Source: an uncultured Lachnospiraceae bacterium
GTDB taxonomy: Bacteria > Bacillota > Clostridia > Lachnospirales > Lachnospiraceae
NCBI GenBank assembly: GCA_949471785.1
Contig: CASWRE010000005.1
Span: 13,342 to 77,341, forward strand
Direction of reading: 5' to 3'
DNA: 64,000 nt
In this document: piece after piece, positions 18,730-28,480 of the stretch
Numbering within the stretch: the first letter of the stretch is position 1
Layout: every line of letters starts with the position of its first letter
Made by a program: the position numbers and the translations under genes
Notes under the pieces: generated by a model
What the model saw: only the letters and a program-made list of their open reading frames with translations
Database searches by the model: none
Told to the model about the DNA's origin: nothing

Positions 18730-21700
18730 GATCAAAGCGATCCGGCTGATCAATTTGAATTACAATAATAATGCGATCAAGGTCAGCGACGAAACGTTCC
18801 ATTTGAACGGGGAGAGCACCCTGCTCTCCCTCCGGAACGGCGGCGGAAAATCGGTGCTGGTGCAGATGCTGACGGCGCCCTTTGTGCACAAACGCTACCG
18901 GGACGCCAAGGACAGGCCTTTTGAAAGTTATTTTAATACGCCTAAGCCCACCTTTATCCTGGTGGAGTGGTCGCTAGACCAGGGGGCGGGATGCGTGCTG
19001 ACGGGCATGATGGTGCGCAAAAGCCAGGCCATAGACGGGGAAGAGCCGGACAGGCTGGAGATTGTCAACATCGTCAGCGAGTACAGCGAGCCCTGTATGC
19101 AGGATATCCATCATCTGCCGGTGGTGGAGAGGGGAAAGAAAGAGATCGTCCTGAAAAGCTTCGCCGCCTGCAGGCAGCTTTTTGAACGGTTTAAACGGGA
19201 AAACCCTTCCCGGTTCTTTTTCTATGATATGGGCAACGCCGCCCAGTCCCGGCAATACTTCGATAAGCTGCGGGAATACCAGATCCATTACCGGGAGTGG
19301 GAGACTATTATTAAAAAGGTTAATCTGGAGGAGTCGGGGCTGTCTAACCTGTTTTCCGATTGCAAGGACGAGCGCGGCCTGGTGGAAAAATGGTTTCTGG
19401 AGGCTGTTGAGGGCAAGCTGAACCGGGAGCAGAACCGTATGAAGGAGTTCCAGTCCATCACCGGAAAATATGTGGGACAGTATAAGGCCAACCAGTCAAA
19501 GATCAAACGGCGGGATACCATCCGCCTGTTTAAGGAAGAGGGGAGGCAGATTGAGGAAAAAGCCGGGCAGTACCAGGCAGTAGACGAGAAAAAATCACGG
19601 CAGGAAAACCGGATCGCCGCTTTTATCGGGGAATTGGAGAAGTTAAAAGAAGAGACGGCGGGGCGGCTTTTGGCCGTGGAGGAGGAGTTTTCGGAGAACA
19701 GGCGGGCGCTGGGGCGGGTACAGTATGAAAGGTTGTCCGGAGAATATCATACCCTGGCGAAAGAACAGCGCTTTTTTGCCGGGAATCGGGATATGCTGGA
19801 GGCGGAACGGGACGCACTGGAGCGGGACGCGGCGGAGTATGAGGAGCGGCTTCATCTGCTGTTCTGCGCGAAACAGCGGGATATTGTGTCGGAGGAGCGG
19901 GAGGACTTTATGGAAGCCGGGCAGCGTCTGGCCGTCTGCCATAAAAAGACGGAAGAGCTGGCCCCGGAGCGGGATTACCTGGGGTACGCGCTTCACTGTC
20001 ATTATGCGACAGCTCTTGCGGAAAACGAGGCCGGCCTGGAGGAAAAGGACGGGGAAAAACACCGGGCCAAGCAGGCTGTTTCGGACAGGCAGGAGAAGAT
20101 CCGGGCGACAGAGCTGTCCCTGAGAGAGAATGCGTCCCGGGAAGGGGCGTTAAAGAGCAGCGTGCAATCTTATGACGAGGCGGAGACGTTTTTCAACAGC
20201 CGCTATGGGGCGGGACTTGCCCGCAATATCCTGGGCCGCTATGAGCCGGGCCTGTTGGAAATCCGGAAAGAAGAAGACCGGCAGGCCCTGGAGGAAGAAG
20301 CCCGTGGTCAGCGCAGGCGGCAGCGGCGTCTGGAGGACGGACGGGAGAAGAGCCGCAGCCTGAAAAGCGCCCTGGAGGCCCTGGACCGGGAAAACCAGCA
20401 GAAACAGTGGGAGAAAAAGCATGCCCTGGAGCTGCAAGACCTTTATGGCCGGGAGCTTGCGGAGCGCGCGCCTGTCCTGAAATATCTGGAACTTGCGGAG
20501 GCGGACCGGTTTGACACGGAGAAAATCCTCCGTGCGTCGGAGAAAAAGCTCCAGGAGATCGCCGGGCTGCGCCGCATCCTGGAAAAGGAGGAGGATCAGC
20601 TTGAGAGGGACTACCGGAAACTGACCCAGGGCCGGGTGATGGAGCTGCCCGGGGAGCTGCAGCAGGAGTTTGCGGACCGGGGCATCCGGGTGGTATATGG
20701 GATGGAGTGGCTGAAAAAGAACGGCTATTCCGAGGAACAGAATAAAAAGATCGTGCGGGATCATCCGTTTCTGCCGTATGCTCTGATCCTGTCGGGACAG
20801 GAGCTGGAAAAGCTGTCCCGGCTGGAGAGCGGCGTGTACACCTCTTTCCCGGTTCCGGTGGTTCGCCGAGAGTTTCTGGAAGAAAAGGCCGGGGAAGCCG
20901 CGGAAAGCGGCGTGATCACATTTCCCCAGGTGAGTTTTTATGTGCTTTTTAACGAAAATCTGCTGAGCGAGGAGAAGCTGGCCCTGCTGGTGCGGGAGGC
21001 AGAACGGAAGATTGAGAAAAAGAAGGAGGCCATTGCTATCCGCAACCGGGAATACGAAGAGTATTTCGCGCGGAAGGAGACGGTCCGCGGTCAGGCGGTT
21101 ACCCGGGAAAAGTACGAGGCTAATGAAACGCTCCTGGCGGAGCTGGAGCGGGCCATACAGGAATTGGCCGTAAAGCGGGACGATACGGCGGCAGATCTCG
21201 CGGCGACGGAGGAAACTGTCGCGGGCCTGGAAAAGGAGATCCGGAAAACGGAGCGGAAGATCGAAGGGATGGAGCGCAGGCAGGAAGATTTCGCCCGGCT
21301 CTGCGAGGCTTACGGACGGTATGAAGAGGACTGCCGGAGGCTGGAGGGCTGCAGGAAAGAGGCCGCCTCCCTGGAGGAAAGGCAGAAACTGGACGCAGGG
21401 CAGCTCCTGCGGGAACAGGAGCATCTGGAGAGCCTGCGGATGGAGATAGAACGTCTGTCCCGGGTGCAGCAGGAGCTTACAGAATGCTGCCGCCGGTACG
21501 CCGCCTACGCCAGGAAGCCGGAAACAGCGGCGGATGAGGAACTGGAAAAACTGGATATCGCCGGCAAGGAGGCCCGGTTCAAGGCCATTACGGCCGGCCT
21601 GTCCCAGGAGCTGCAGGAGCTGGAGCTGCGGGAGCAGAAGGCCCGGAAGCGTTATGAGGAGGCCGGACGGGAACTGCGCCGCCTGCAGAAAAAATACGGC

Positions 21701-23140
21701 CTTGCGGACGGCGCCTGGGAGGGCTGCGCCTATACCCAGCAGGAGGAAGAACATACAGAGAGGCAGCTGTCCGGCGCCCGAAAGAACCTGGAAGAGAAAA
21801 AAAGGCTCTGGAATAAGGCCCAGACGCAGGTCGCCGTGCTGGAGAGCCGGAAGAAAGCCTGTCTGGACCAGATCCGCGAGGCCTGCGGGGAGGAGGGGCC
21901 CCTGGCTTTGGAAGAGATACGGATTCGGGATTTTGACGAGGCAAAAAGCCGGCTGGAGTACCAGGGAAAGCAGCTGCAGAAAAAAGCCGCGTCCCTCCAC
22001 GAGGCAGGGCAGGGGTATGAAGAAAACCTGACGGCCCTGGCGGAATACAGCGACTTGCCCCAGACGGGACCCGTTGAATGGGAGGAACCCCTGGCAGAGC
22101 TGGACCGCGGGCAGCTGCGCCGGAAAAAGGGCGAGCTGGCCAGGGATTACAAAGCCATTCTGGAGAATCGCCGGGATGCGAAGGAGGGCCTTGTCCGGAC
22201 GCTGAACCGAATCCTGCGGATGGACGCCTTTGCGGACGAGTATTATAAAAAGCCGCTGGAGATCCTGCTGGAGCTTACAGAGGACGCGTCCCAGGTACTG
22301 CGCCAGCTGGCCACCACGGTCCAGTCCTTTGACGACCTGATGGAAAAGCTGGAGGTGGATATCTCCGTGGTGGAGAAGGAAAAGGAACGGATCGTGGAGC
22401 TTCTGGAGGAATATGTCCGGGAAATCCATGCCAACCTGGGACGGATCGACAGCAATTCCACGATTACGGTCCGGGAACGTCCTCTGAAAATGCTGAAAAT
22501 ACAGCTGCCGGACTGGGAGGAAAATGAAAGCCTCTACCGTGTCCGCCTGTCTGACCTCATTGACGAGATCACCCGCCGGGGGATTGCGATCTTTGAGCGC
22601 AACGAGAATGCCCAGGAATATTTCGGCGCCCAGCTGACCACGAAAAACCTGTACGATACCGTGGTAGGTATCGGGGAGGTACAGATCAAGCTGTACAAGA
22701 TTGAGGAGCAGCGGGAGTATCCGATCACCTGGGCCCAGGTGGCGAGAAATTCCGGCGGCGAAGGTTTCCTCTCCGCTTTTGTGGTATTGTCCAGCCTGCT
22801 GTGCTACATGCGGCGGGACGACACGGACTTTTTTGCCGATCGGAATGAGGGCAAAGTGCTGGTGATGGATAATCCCTTTGCCCAGACCAACGCCTCCCAC
22901 CTGTTAAAGCCGCTGATGGATATGGCCGGGAAAGCCAATACCCAGCTGATCTGCCTGACCGGCCTTGGCGGGGAATCCATCTACAACCGGTTTGATAACA
23001 TTTATGTGCTAAACCTGATCGCGGCCAGTCTGCGGAACGGGATGCAGTACATGAAGACCGACCATATCAAAGGCAGCGAGCCGAATACGCTGGAGGTGTC
23101 GCAGATTGAGGTGGTGGAGCAAATGGAGCTGGTGTTTTAG
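18722..23140 (+). CDS. jetC: SMC/MukB-type ATPase (JetC/MksB-like), 1472 aa
   Basis: N-terminal Walker A LRNGGGKS (aa 37-44); about 1000 aa of E/R/K/L/Q-rich coiled coil; C-terminal signature NSGGEGF and Walker-B-like VLVMDNPF. Confidence 0.75.
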   Translation: MSKIKAIRLINLNYNNNAIKVSDETFHLNGESTLLSLRNGGGKSVLVQMLTAPFVHKRYRDAKDRPFESYFNTPKPTFILVEWSLDQGAGCVLTGMMVRKSQAIDGEEPDRLEIVNIVSEYSEPCMQDIHHLPVVERGKKEIVLKSFAACRQLFERFKRENPSRFFFYDMGNAAQSRQYFDKLREYQIHYREWETIIKKVNLEESGLSNLFSDCKDERGLVEKWFLEAVEGKLNREQNRMKEFQSITGKYVGQYKANQSKIKRRDTIRLFKEEGRQIEEKAGQYQAVDEKKSRQENRIAAFIGELEKLKEETAGRLLAVEEEFSENRRALGRVQYERLSGEYHTLAKEQRFFAGNRDMLEAERDALERDAAEYEERLHLLFCAKQRDIVSEEREDFMEAGQRLAVCHKKTEELAPERDYLGYALHCHYATALAENEAGLEEKDGEKHRAKQAVSDRQEKIRATELSLRENASREGALKSSVQSYDEAETFFNSRYGAGLARNILGRYEPGLLEIRKEEDRQALEEEARGQRRRQRRLEDGREKSRSLKSALEALDRENQQKQWEKKHALELQDLYGRELAERAPVLKYLELAEADRFDTEKILRASEKKLQEIAGLRRILEKEEDQLERDYRKLTQGRVMELPGELQQEFADRGIRVVYGMEWLKKNGYSEEQNKKIVRDHPFLPYALILSGQELEKLSRLESGVYTSFPVPVVRREFLEEKAGEAAESGVITFPQVSFYVLFNENLLSEEKLALLVREAERKIEKKKEAIAIRNREYEEYFARKETVRGQAVTREKYEANETLLAELERAIQELAVKRDDTAADLAATEETVAGLEKEIRKTERKIEGMERRQEDFARLCEAYGRYEEDCRRLEGCRKEAASLEERQKLDAGQLLREQEHLESLRMEIERLSRVQQELTECCRRYAAYARKPETAADEELEKLDIAGKEARFKAITAGLSQELQELELREQKARKRYEEAGRELRRLQKKYGLADGAWEGCAYTQQEEEHTERQLSGARKNLEEKKRLWNKAQTQVAVLESRKKACLDQIREACGEEGPLALEEIRIRDFDEAKSRLEYQGKQLQKKAASLHEAGQGYEENLTALAEYSDLPQTGPVEWEEPLAELDRGQLRRKKGELARDYKAILENRRDAKEGLVRTLNRILRMDAFADEYYKKPLEILLELTEDASQVLRQLATTVQSFDDLMEKLEVDISVVEKEKERIVELLEEYVREIHANLGRIDSNSTITVRERPLKMLKIQLPDWEENESLYRVRLSDLIDEITRRGIAIFERNENAQEYFGAQLTTKNLYDTVVGIGEVQIKLYKIEEQREYPITWAQVARNSGGEGFLSAFVVLSSLLCYMRRDDTDFFADRNEGKVLVMDNPFAQTNASHLLKPLMDMAGKANTQLICLTGLGGESIYNRFDNIYVLNLIAASLRNGMQYMKTDHIKGSEPNTLEVSQIEVVEQMELVF

Positions 23141-23165
23141 GGCGGCCATTGTGCGTCCCATGGGA

Positions 23166-23211
23166 AAGGGCATGGCAAAATCACAGGAATAAAGGATTTT
23201 GCCATGCCCTT
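23166..23211. terminator. Bidirectional hairpin terminator
   Basis: Perfect 17-bp stem aagggcatggcaaaatc / gattttgccatgccctt between convergent genes. Confidence 0.7.
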
Positions 23212-23247
23212 ATAGTATTGTACTGAGTACAGTTATCGGGTTTTTGC

Positions 23248-25035
23248 TTATTTATACCATGTATAGAATTTCCATTTGGATAAATCCAACTGCTTAATAG
23301 CGGATGTATCAATAACATTCGTGTCTGTGGCGGGGCAGAACTGATAACAAGTCCCATCTTCGACGGATCGCGCTATCATATGCCACGCATACCAATCTGG
23401 CGTACCATATGGATATTTGCCATACATATTTTCCAGCGGATAACCGATCATTTCTCCAAAGGCCGTTAAAATAGCGGGCGAAGTGTAAGAATTGACTTCA
23501 AATTTTGGGAATTTCCAAAAAGGTATCGCCGTATCCGCAGCTAAAGTAACATAACCGGGGCGGCCGTCTGCTGGTGTTTTACTATAAATAGAGTTTTGGG
23601 CCAGATAGCGTGTGATCGCTTCCATTTTAGCTTTTTTTGTCATGGATGCTGTAGTTACTTTGTCAATGACGGACTGCCGCCATATCCTTTCCTCCTTAGC
23701 CATATCCTTTATGTCGATATATCCCTTCCCGGCGTCTGCAGTTATCGGGGTTTGGTATAGCGGGGGGATATCTCTATAGCTTCTATAGTGTATCCTGTTC
23801 CCCTTGGCGTCAGAGAGATATTCTGTAACGGAAATCCTACATTTCCCTGGATCCAAAAATAAAAATACGCCAAGATATCCGCCATCCGTTTTATACAAAA
23901 AACCGGGAGTCATAGTGCCCATACGTTTTAAATCTGCGTAATAACAATCAGTCATAGCGACCAGCGGATCATTTTCTTTGTCAGTGGCCACATCAATGAA
24001 TTCTAATTCAAAGTTTTTGGAAGACGGATTATCGGTTTTTATATATACAAGATTGAATGCGCCATATGAATATGGCGGGTTCAAAAAGTTGATTTCATAG
24101 GTATACTGGGGCTTGGGAGCCACAACCTTGATCTTTTGGCTTACACTTTTACCGTCTACAGTGGCCGTAATGGTGGTTGTTCCGGGGTTCTCGGCATAAA
24201 TTATTACAGCCTCCTCTTCCTTCGGGCCGTTAAAAAAATCATCTACAAAATCTATAACGTCGGTATTAGATGATTTCCATGTGATCTTTCCATGCTTGGA
24301 AGAACTGCATTCGACACGGATAATGAGTTCTTCCGTTGGATACATGGTACTGACCATATCTTTAGCAAAACGGATACTGCTCTGGCTGTTTGCCGCTTTT
24401 TTTACCGTCAGCTTGCAGACGGCTTTTTTTCCGGTTCCGTCCGCCGCTTTGGCGGTGATGGTGGCATTTCCGTTTCCGACCGCTTTTACAGTCCCTTTGC
24501 TGTTCACTGTCGCAACTTTCTTATTAGAAGTTGTCCATACGATATCCTTGCTGCCGCCTGCGCTTGCCTTAACGGCCGCCGTAAGTTTTACTGTAGCGCC
24601 TGTTTTAAGCGTGTGGGAGGTCTTGTTCAGTGCAATGTTTGTTACTTTGCCTTTTAGCACTTTGACAGTGACCGTAGCTTTTACCTTCTTGTTTTTGACT
24701 GATGTTACGGTGATTTTCGCTGTACCCGGTTTTTTGCCGGTAATCACACCCTTGCTTGTGACAGTCGCTACTTTTTTGTTTGAACTTTTATAAATGACCT
24801 TTTTGTTTGCCGATTTATTTGGCGTAACGGTCACAGTCGTCTTGAGAGTAGCCTTTTTGCCCTTGGCAAGTTTGATCGTCTTGCTTTTCGTCAACGAATT
24901 CACGGAAGCAACTTTTTTAACCGTCACTTTTGGGGCCGCTTCAACCGTCCTGCCCATTATCACAAACCATGCCATTGCAATAAGGAACATCACACTTCCG
25001 ACCATAAGCGCCCGTGGCTTTCTTTGCGTTTTCAT
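23248..25035 (-). CDS. Secreted Ig-like (Big_2) repeat protein with an uncharacterised C-terminal domain
   Basis: Signal/TM MKTQRKPRALMVGSVMFLIAMAWFVIMG. Three K/T/V-rich Big_2-like repeats (..KKVATVTSKGVITGKKPGTAKITV.., ..KKVATVNSKGTVKAVGNGNATITA..). A C-terminal half of about 300 aa has no motif I recognise. The gene is AT-rich. Confidence 0.75.
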   Translation of the reverse strand: MKTQRKPRALMVGSVMFLIAMAWFVIMGRTVEAAPKVTVKKVASVNSLTKSKTIKLAKGKKATLKTTVTVTPNKSANKKVIYKSSNKKVATVTSKGVITGKKPGTAKITVTSVKNKKVKATVTVKVLKGKVTNIALNKTSHTLKTGATVKLTAAVKASAGGSKDIVWTTSNKKVATVNSKGTVKAVGNGNATITAKAADGTGKKAVCKLTVKKAANSQSSIRFAKDMVSTMYPTEELIIRVECSSSKHGKITWKSSNTDVIDFVDDFFNGPKEEEAVIIYAENPGTTTITATVDGKSVSQKIKVVAPKPQYTYEINFLNPPYSYGAFNLVYIKTDNPSSKNFELEFIDVATDKENDPLVAMTDCYYADLKRMGTMTPGFLYKTDGGYLGVFLFLDPGKCRISVTEYLSDAKGNRIHYRSYRDIPPLYQTPITADAGKGYIDIKDMAKEERIWRQSVIDKVTTASMTKKAKMEAITRYLAQNSIYSKTPADGRPGYVTLAADTAIPFWKFPKFEVNSYTSPAILTAFGEMIGYPLENMYGKYPYGTPDWYAWHMIARSVEDGTCYQFCPATDTNVIDTSAIKQLDLSKWKFYTWYK

Positions 25036-25212
25036 GATACCTTCTCCTTTATATTGTAGTTCTCATTGGCAAAATATATAATATTTATTAAAATTAGTCA
25101 ATTATTTTTACATTACATGTGAATTTTTTTCAAGCGGATATTATTCGAGGTAAGAAGATTAGTTACAGTGCATCTCAGGACTTTGCCGAAGGCAAATTAC
25201 GAATATTCCTTC

Positions 25213-25242
25213 TTGACAAACCCCGTCCCCTGCGTTTATGAT
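25213..25242 (+). promoter_or_regulatory. Putative sigma-A promoter of the valS leader
   Basis: TTGACA at 25213-25218, an 18-nt spacer, then TATGAT. Confidence 0.4.
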
Positions 25243-25254
25243 AAATCCACACAG

Positions 25255-25578
25255 AAAAAGGTAGTGAGAAAGAGGAGTATCCCAGTACTGACCGCAGAGA
25301 GGGACGTCCGTCGGCTGAAAGATGTCCCGGAGACAGGCGGGGAGAAGGTGGCTTTCGAACCGGTTCGCTGAAAATTTCCTGCAGTTTTGACTGTGGGGCA
25401 TAGTAAGCGGGCACGTTTCATCCCCGTTATCGGATGAGAGGATACGGATAGGGCGAATGAACGGATCGCTGCGTCGGGATGACGCGTTTTGTATGGCGTG
25501 TATTCGCGGTATCTGTGTTGAAATAAGGTGGTACAGCGGCTGCGTCGCCCTTTGCTTTTGGCAGAGGGCTTTTTTTTA
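25255..25578 (+). promoter_or_regulatory. T-box leader (tRNA-sensing riboswitch) of valS
   Basis: Stem I elements (GCAGAGAGGGA ... GGCTGAAAG); T-box sequence AAGGTGGTACAGCGG at 25525-25539; terminator gccctttgc/gcagagggc followed by T8. The specifier codon was not confidently assigned. Confidence 0.75.
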
Positions 25579-25637
25579 TGATTTGGTGGGTCTGGCGGAT
25601 GTACCAAAGACTGGAGAAAAAATGACAGGAGGTTATG

Positions 25638-28337
25638 ATGAAAAAAGAACTGGCAAAGACCTACGACCCCAAGGGGATCGAGGAGAGACTGTATCAGAAG
25701 TGGATGGAAAGGGGATATTTCCACGCCAGGGTAAATCCGGACAAGAAGCCCTTTACTATCGTGATGCCGCCGCCCAATGTTACCGGGCAGCTGCATATGG
25801 GCCATGCCCTGGACAATACTATGCAGGATATCCTGATCCGTTTTAAACGGATGCAGGGGTATGAGGCCTTGTGGCAGCCGGGCACAGACCACGCGGCCAT
25901 TGCCACAGAAGTGAAGGTGACAAACCAGCTCAAAGAGAAGGGGATCGACAAGGCGAAGATCGGCCGGGAGAAATTCCTGGAATACTGCTGGGACTGGAAG
26001 GAGGAGTACGGCGGGAAAATCATCAATCAGCTGAAGAAAATGGGTTCCTCGGCCGACTGGGAGAGGGAGCGCTTTACCATGGACGAAGGATGCTCCCGGG
26101 CCGTGGAGGAGGTATTTTTCAAGCTCTATGAGAAAGGCTACATTTATAAAGGCTCCCGCATCGTAAACTGGTGTCCGGTGTGCCAGACGTCGATCTCCGA
26201 CGCCGAGGTGGAGCATCAGGAGCAGAAAGGCCATTTCTGGCATATCAATTATCCCATTGTCGGGGAACCGGGACGCTTTGTGGAGATCGCCACTACCCGG
26301 CCGGAGACCATGCTGGGCGATACCGCCGTGGCCGTAAACCCGGAGGACGGGCGGTATCAGGATCTGATCGGGAAAATGCTGGAGCTGCCGCTGACTGGCA
26401 GAAGGATTCCCGTGGTGGCAGACGCCTATGTGGATAAGGAATTCGGTACGGGCTGCGTGAAGATCACGCCGGCCCACGATCCCAACGACTTTGAGGTGGG
26501 CAAACGTCATAACCTGGAGGAGATCAATATCCTGAATGACGACGGTACGGTCAACGAGCGGGGCGGCAAGTACGCCGGTATGGACCGCTATGAGGCCCGG
26601 AAGGCTATTGTGGCGGATCTGGAGGAACTGGGTCTTCTGGTGAAAGTGGAGGAGCATGTGCACAACGTGGGTACCCACGACCGCTGCCATACCACCGTGG
26701 AGCCCATGGTGAAAAAACAGTGGTTTGTCCGCATGAAGGAGATGGCCCGGGCCGCTCTGGATGTGGTGAAAACCGACGACCTCAACTTTGTGCCGGAGCG
26801 TTTTGACAAGACCTATAATCACTGGTTGGAAAACATCCGGGACTGGTGTATTTCGCGTCAGCTCTGGTGGGGGCACCGGATTCCGGCTTACTACTGCGAC
26901 GAGTGCGGCGAGATTGTCGTTCAGTCTGGGATGCCGGAGAAATGCCCGAAGTGCGGTTGTACCCACCTGATCCAGGATGAAGATACCCTGGACACCTGGT
27001 TTTCCTCCGCCCTGTGGCCTTTTTCCACCCTGGGGTGGCCGGATAAAACGCCGGAGCTGGAATATTTTTATCCCACGGACGTGCTGGTGACAGGCTACGA
27101 TATTATTTTCTTCTGGGTCATCCGCATGGTCTTCTCTGCCCTGGAGCAAACCGGGAAATCGCCATTTAAGCATGTGCTGATCCACGGCCTGATCCGGGAT
27201 TCCCAGGGGCGTAAGATGAGTAAATCCCTGGGCAATGGCATTGATCCTCTGGAGGTGATCGACAAATACGGGGCCGACGCACTGCGTCTTACTCTGATTA
27301 CGGGCAATGCCCCGGGCAACGACATGCGTTTTTACTGGGAGCGGGTGGAGGCCAGCAGGAATTTTGCCAATAAAGTGTGGAATGCTTCCCGATTTATCAT
27401 GATGAATATGGGTGAAACGGCCCCCGTGGAGCCTGCTGCGGATCAGCTTAAGCCTGCGGATCGCTGGATACTGGCGCTTTTGAATGATCTGATCCGGGAT
27501 GTGACGGACAATATGGAGAAATTCGAGCTGGGCATCGCCGTGCAGAAAATCTTTGATTTTATCTGGGATGAATTCTGCGACTGGTATATCGAGATTGTCA
27601 AATCCCGCCTGAATCCCCAGGGGAACCAGACAGCAGAAGCAGAGGCGGCCGATGGAAATGCCGGCGAGGGGGCAAAAGAGGCCGGGGAGAGCGCCAACGC
27701 GGTTCTCTGGACGCTGACCCATGTGCTGGGCGAAGCTTTGAAACTGCTTCATCCCTACATGCCCTTTATCTCCGAGGAGATCTACTGTACCCTGTATCCG
27801 GGGGAGGAATCCATCATGATCGCCTCCTGGCCCGAGGCCCGGGCAGAGTTTACTTTCCCGGAGGAAGTGTCCTTTATCAGCCATGTGAAAGACATGGTTC
27901 GCGGTATCCGCAATATCCGGGCGGAGATGAACGTGCCCCAGAGTAAGAAGACCCATGTCTTTGTGGTGACGGAAAACGAGGGGCTGGGGGCCATGTTTTC
28001 CAGTCATAAGGATGTATACCAGAAGCTGGCAGGGGCCGGTGCGGTGAGCGTCCAGGCGGACAAAGCCGGGATCGGTGAGGACGCCGTGTCGGTAGTGATT
28101 CCCGACGCGGTGGTCTATATGCCCCTGGAGGATCTGGTGGACAAAGAGAAAGAAAAGGAACGCCTTTTAAAAGAAGAGCAGCGTCTCACCAAAGAGATCG
28201 CCCGTTCCAATGGGATGCTGAAAAATGAGAGGTTCCTGGCCAAAGCCCCGGCGGCAAAGGTCGAGGAAGAAAAGGCCAAACTTGAGAAATATTCTCAGAT
28301 GATGGCTCAGGTGAAAGCGCGTCTGGCCCAGATGTAA
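25638..28337 (+). CDS. valS: Valine--tRNA ligase
   Basis: PPPNVTGQLHMGHAL (HIGH), KMSKSLGN (KMSKS), and a C-terminal coiled coil. The second ATG (25638) has better spacing to AGGAGG than 25635. Confidence 0.95.
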   Translation: MKKELAKTYDPKGIEERLYQKWMERGYFHARVNPDKKPFTIVMPPPNVTGQLHMGHALDNTMQDILIRFKRMQGYEALWQPGTDHAAIATEVKVTNQLKEKGIDKAKIGREKFLEYCWDWKEEYGGKIINQLKKMGSSADWERERFTMDEGCSRAVEEVFFKLYEKGYIYKGSRIVNWCPVCQTSISDAEVEHQEQKGHFWHINYPIVGEPGRFVEIATTRPETMLGDTAVAVNPEDGRYQDLIGKMLELPLTGRRIPVVADAYVDKEFGTGCVKITPAHDPNDFEVGKRHNLEEINILNDDGTVNERGGKYAGMDRYEARKAIVADLEELGLLVKVEEHVHNVGTHDRCHTTVEPMVKKQWFVRMKEMARAALDVVKTDDLNFVPERFDKTYNHWLENIRDWCISRQLWWGHRIPAYYCDECGEIVVQSGMPEKCPKCGCTHLIQDEDTLDTWFSSALWPFSTLGWPDKTPELEYFYPTDVLVTGYDIIFFWVIRMVFSALEQTGKSPFKHVLIHGLIRDSQGRKMSKSLGNGIDPLEVIDKYGADALRLTLITGNAPGNDMRFYWERVEASRNFANKVWNASRFIMMNMGETAPVEPAADQLKPADRWILALLNDLIRDVTDNMEKFELGIAVQKIFDFIWDEFCDWYIEIVKSRLNPQGNQTAEAEAADGNAGEGAKEAGESANAVLWTLTHVLGEALKLLHPYMPFISEEIYCTLYPGEESIMIASWPEARAEFTFPEEVSFISHVKDMVRGIRNIRAEMNVPQSKKTHVFVVTENEGLGAMFSSHKDVYQKLAGAGAVSVQADKAGIGEDAVSVVIPDAVVYMPLEDLVDKEKEKERLLKEEQRLTKEIARSNGMLKNERFLAKAPAAKVEEEKAKLEKYSQMMAQVKARLAQM

Positions 28338-28344
28338 AGAAAAC

Positions 28345-28377
28345 GGAGCCGCTGTCGTCGGCGGCTCCCCCTTTTTT
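28345..28377 (+). terminator. Intrinsic terminator after valS
   Basis: ggagccgc / gcggctcc stem followed by tttttt. Confidence 0.7.
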
Positions 28378-28480
28378 CGGGATTTTGGTCAGAAACTGCG
28401 ATATTATTTACTTGCAAATGATCGTCACTATATTATAATGTTAGGGAGCCGTGAAATTGACGTACTGACAAAAGGATAAA

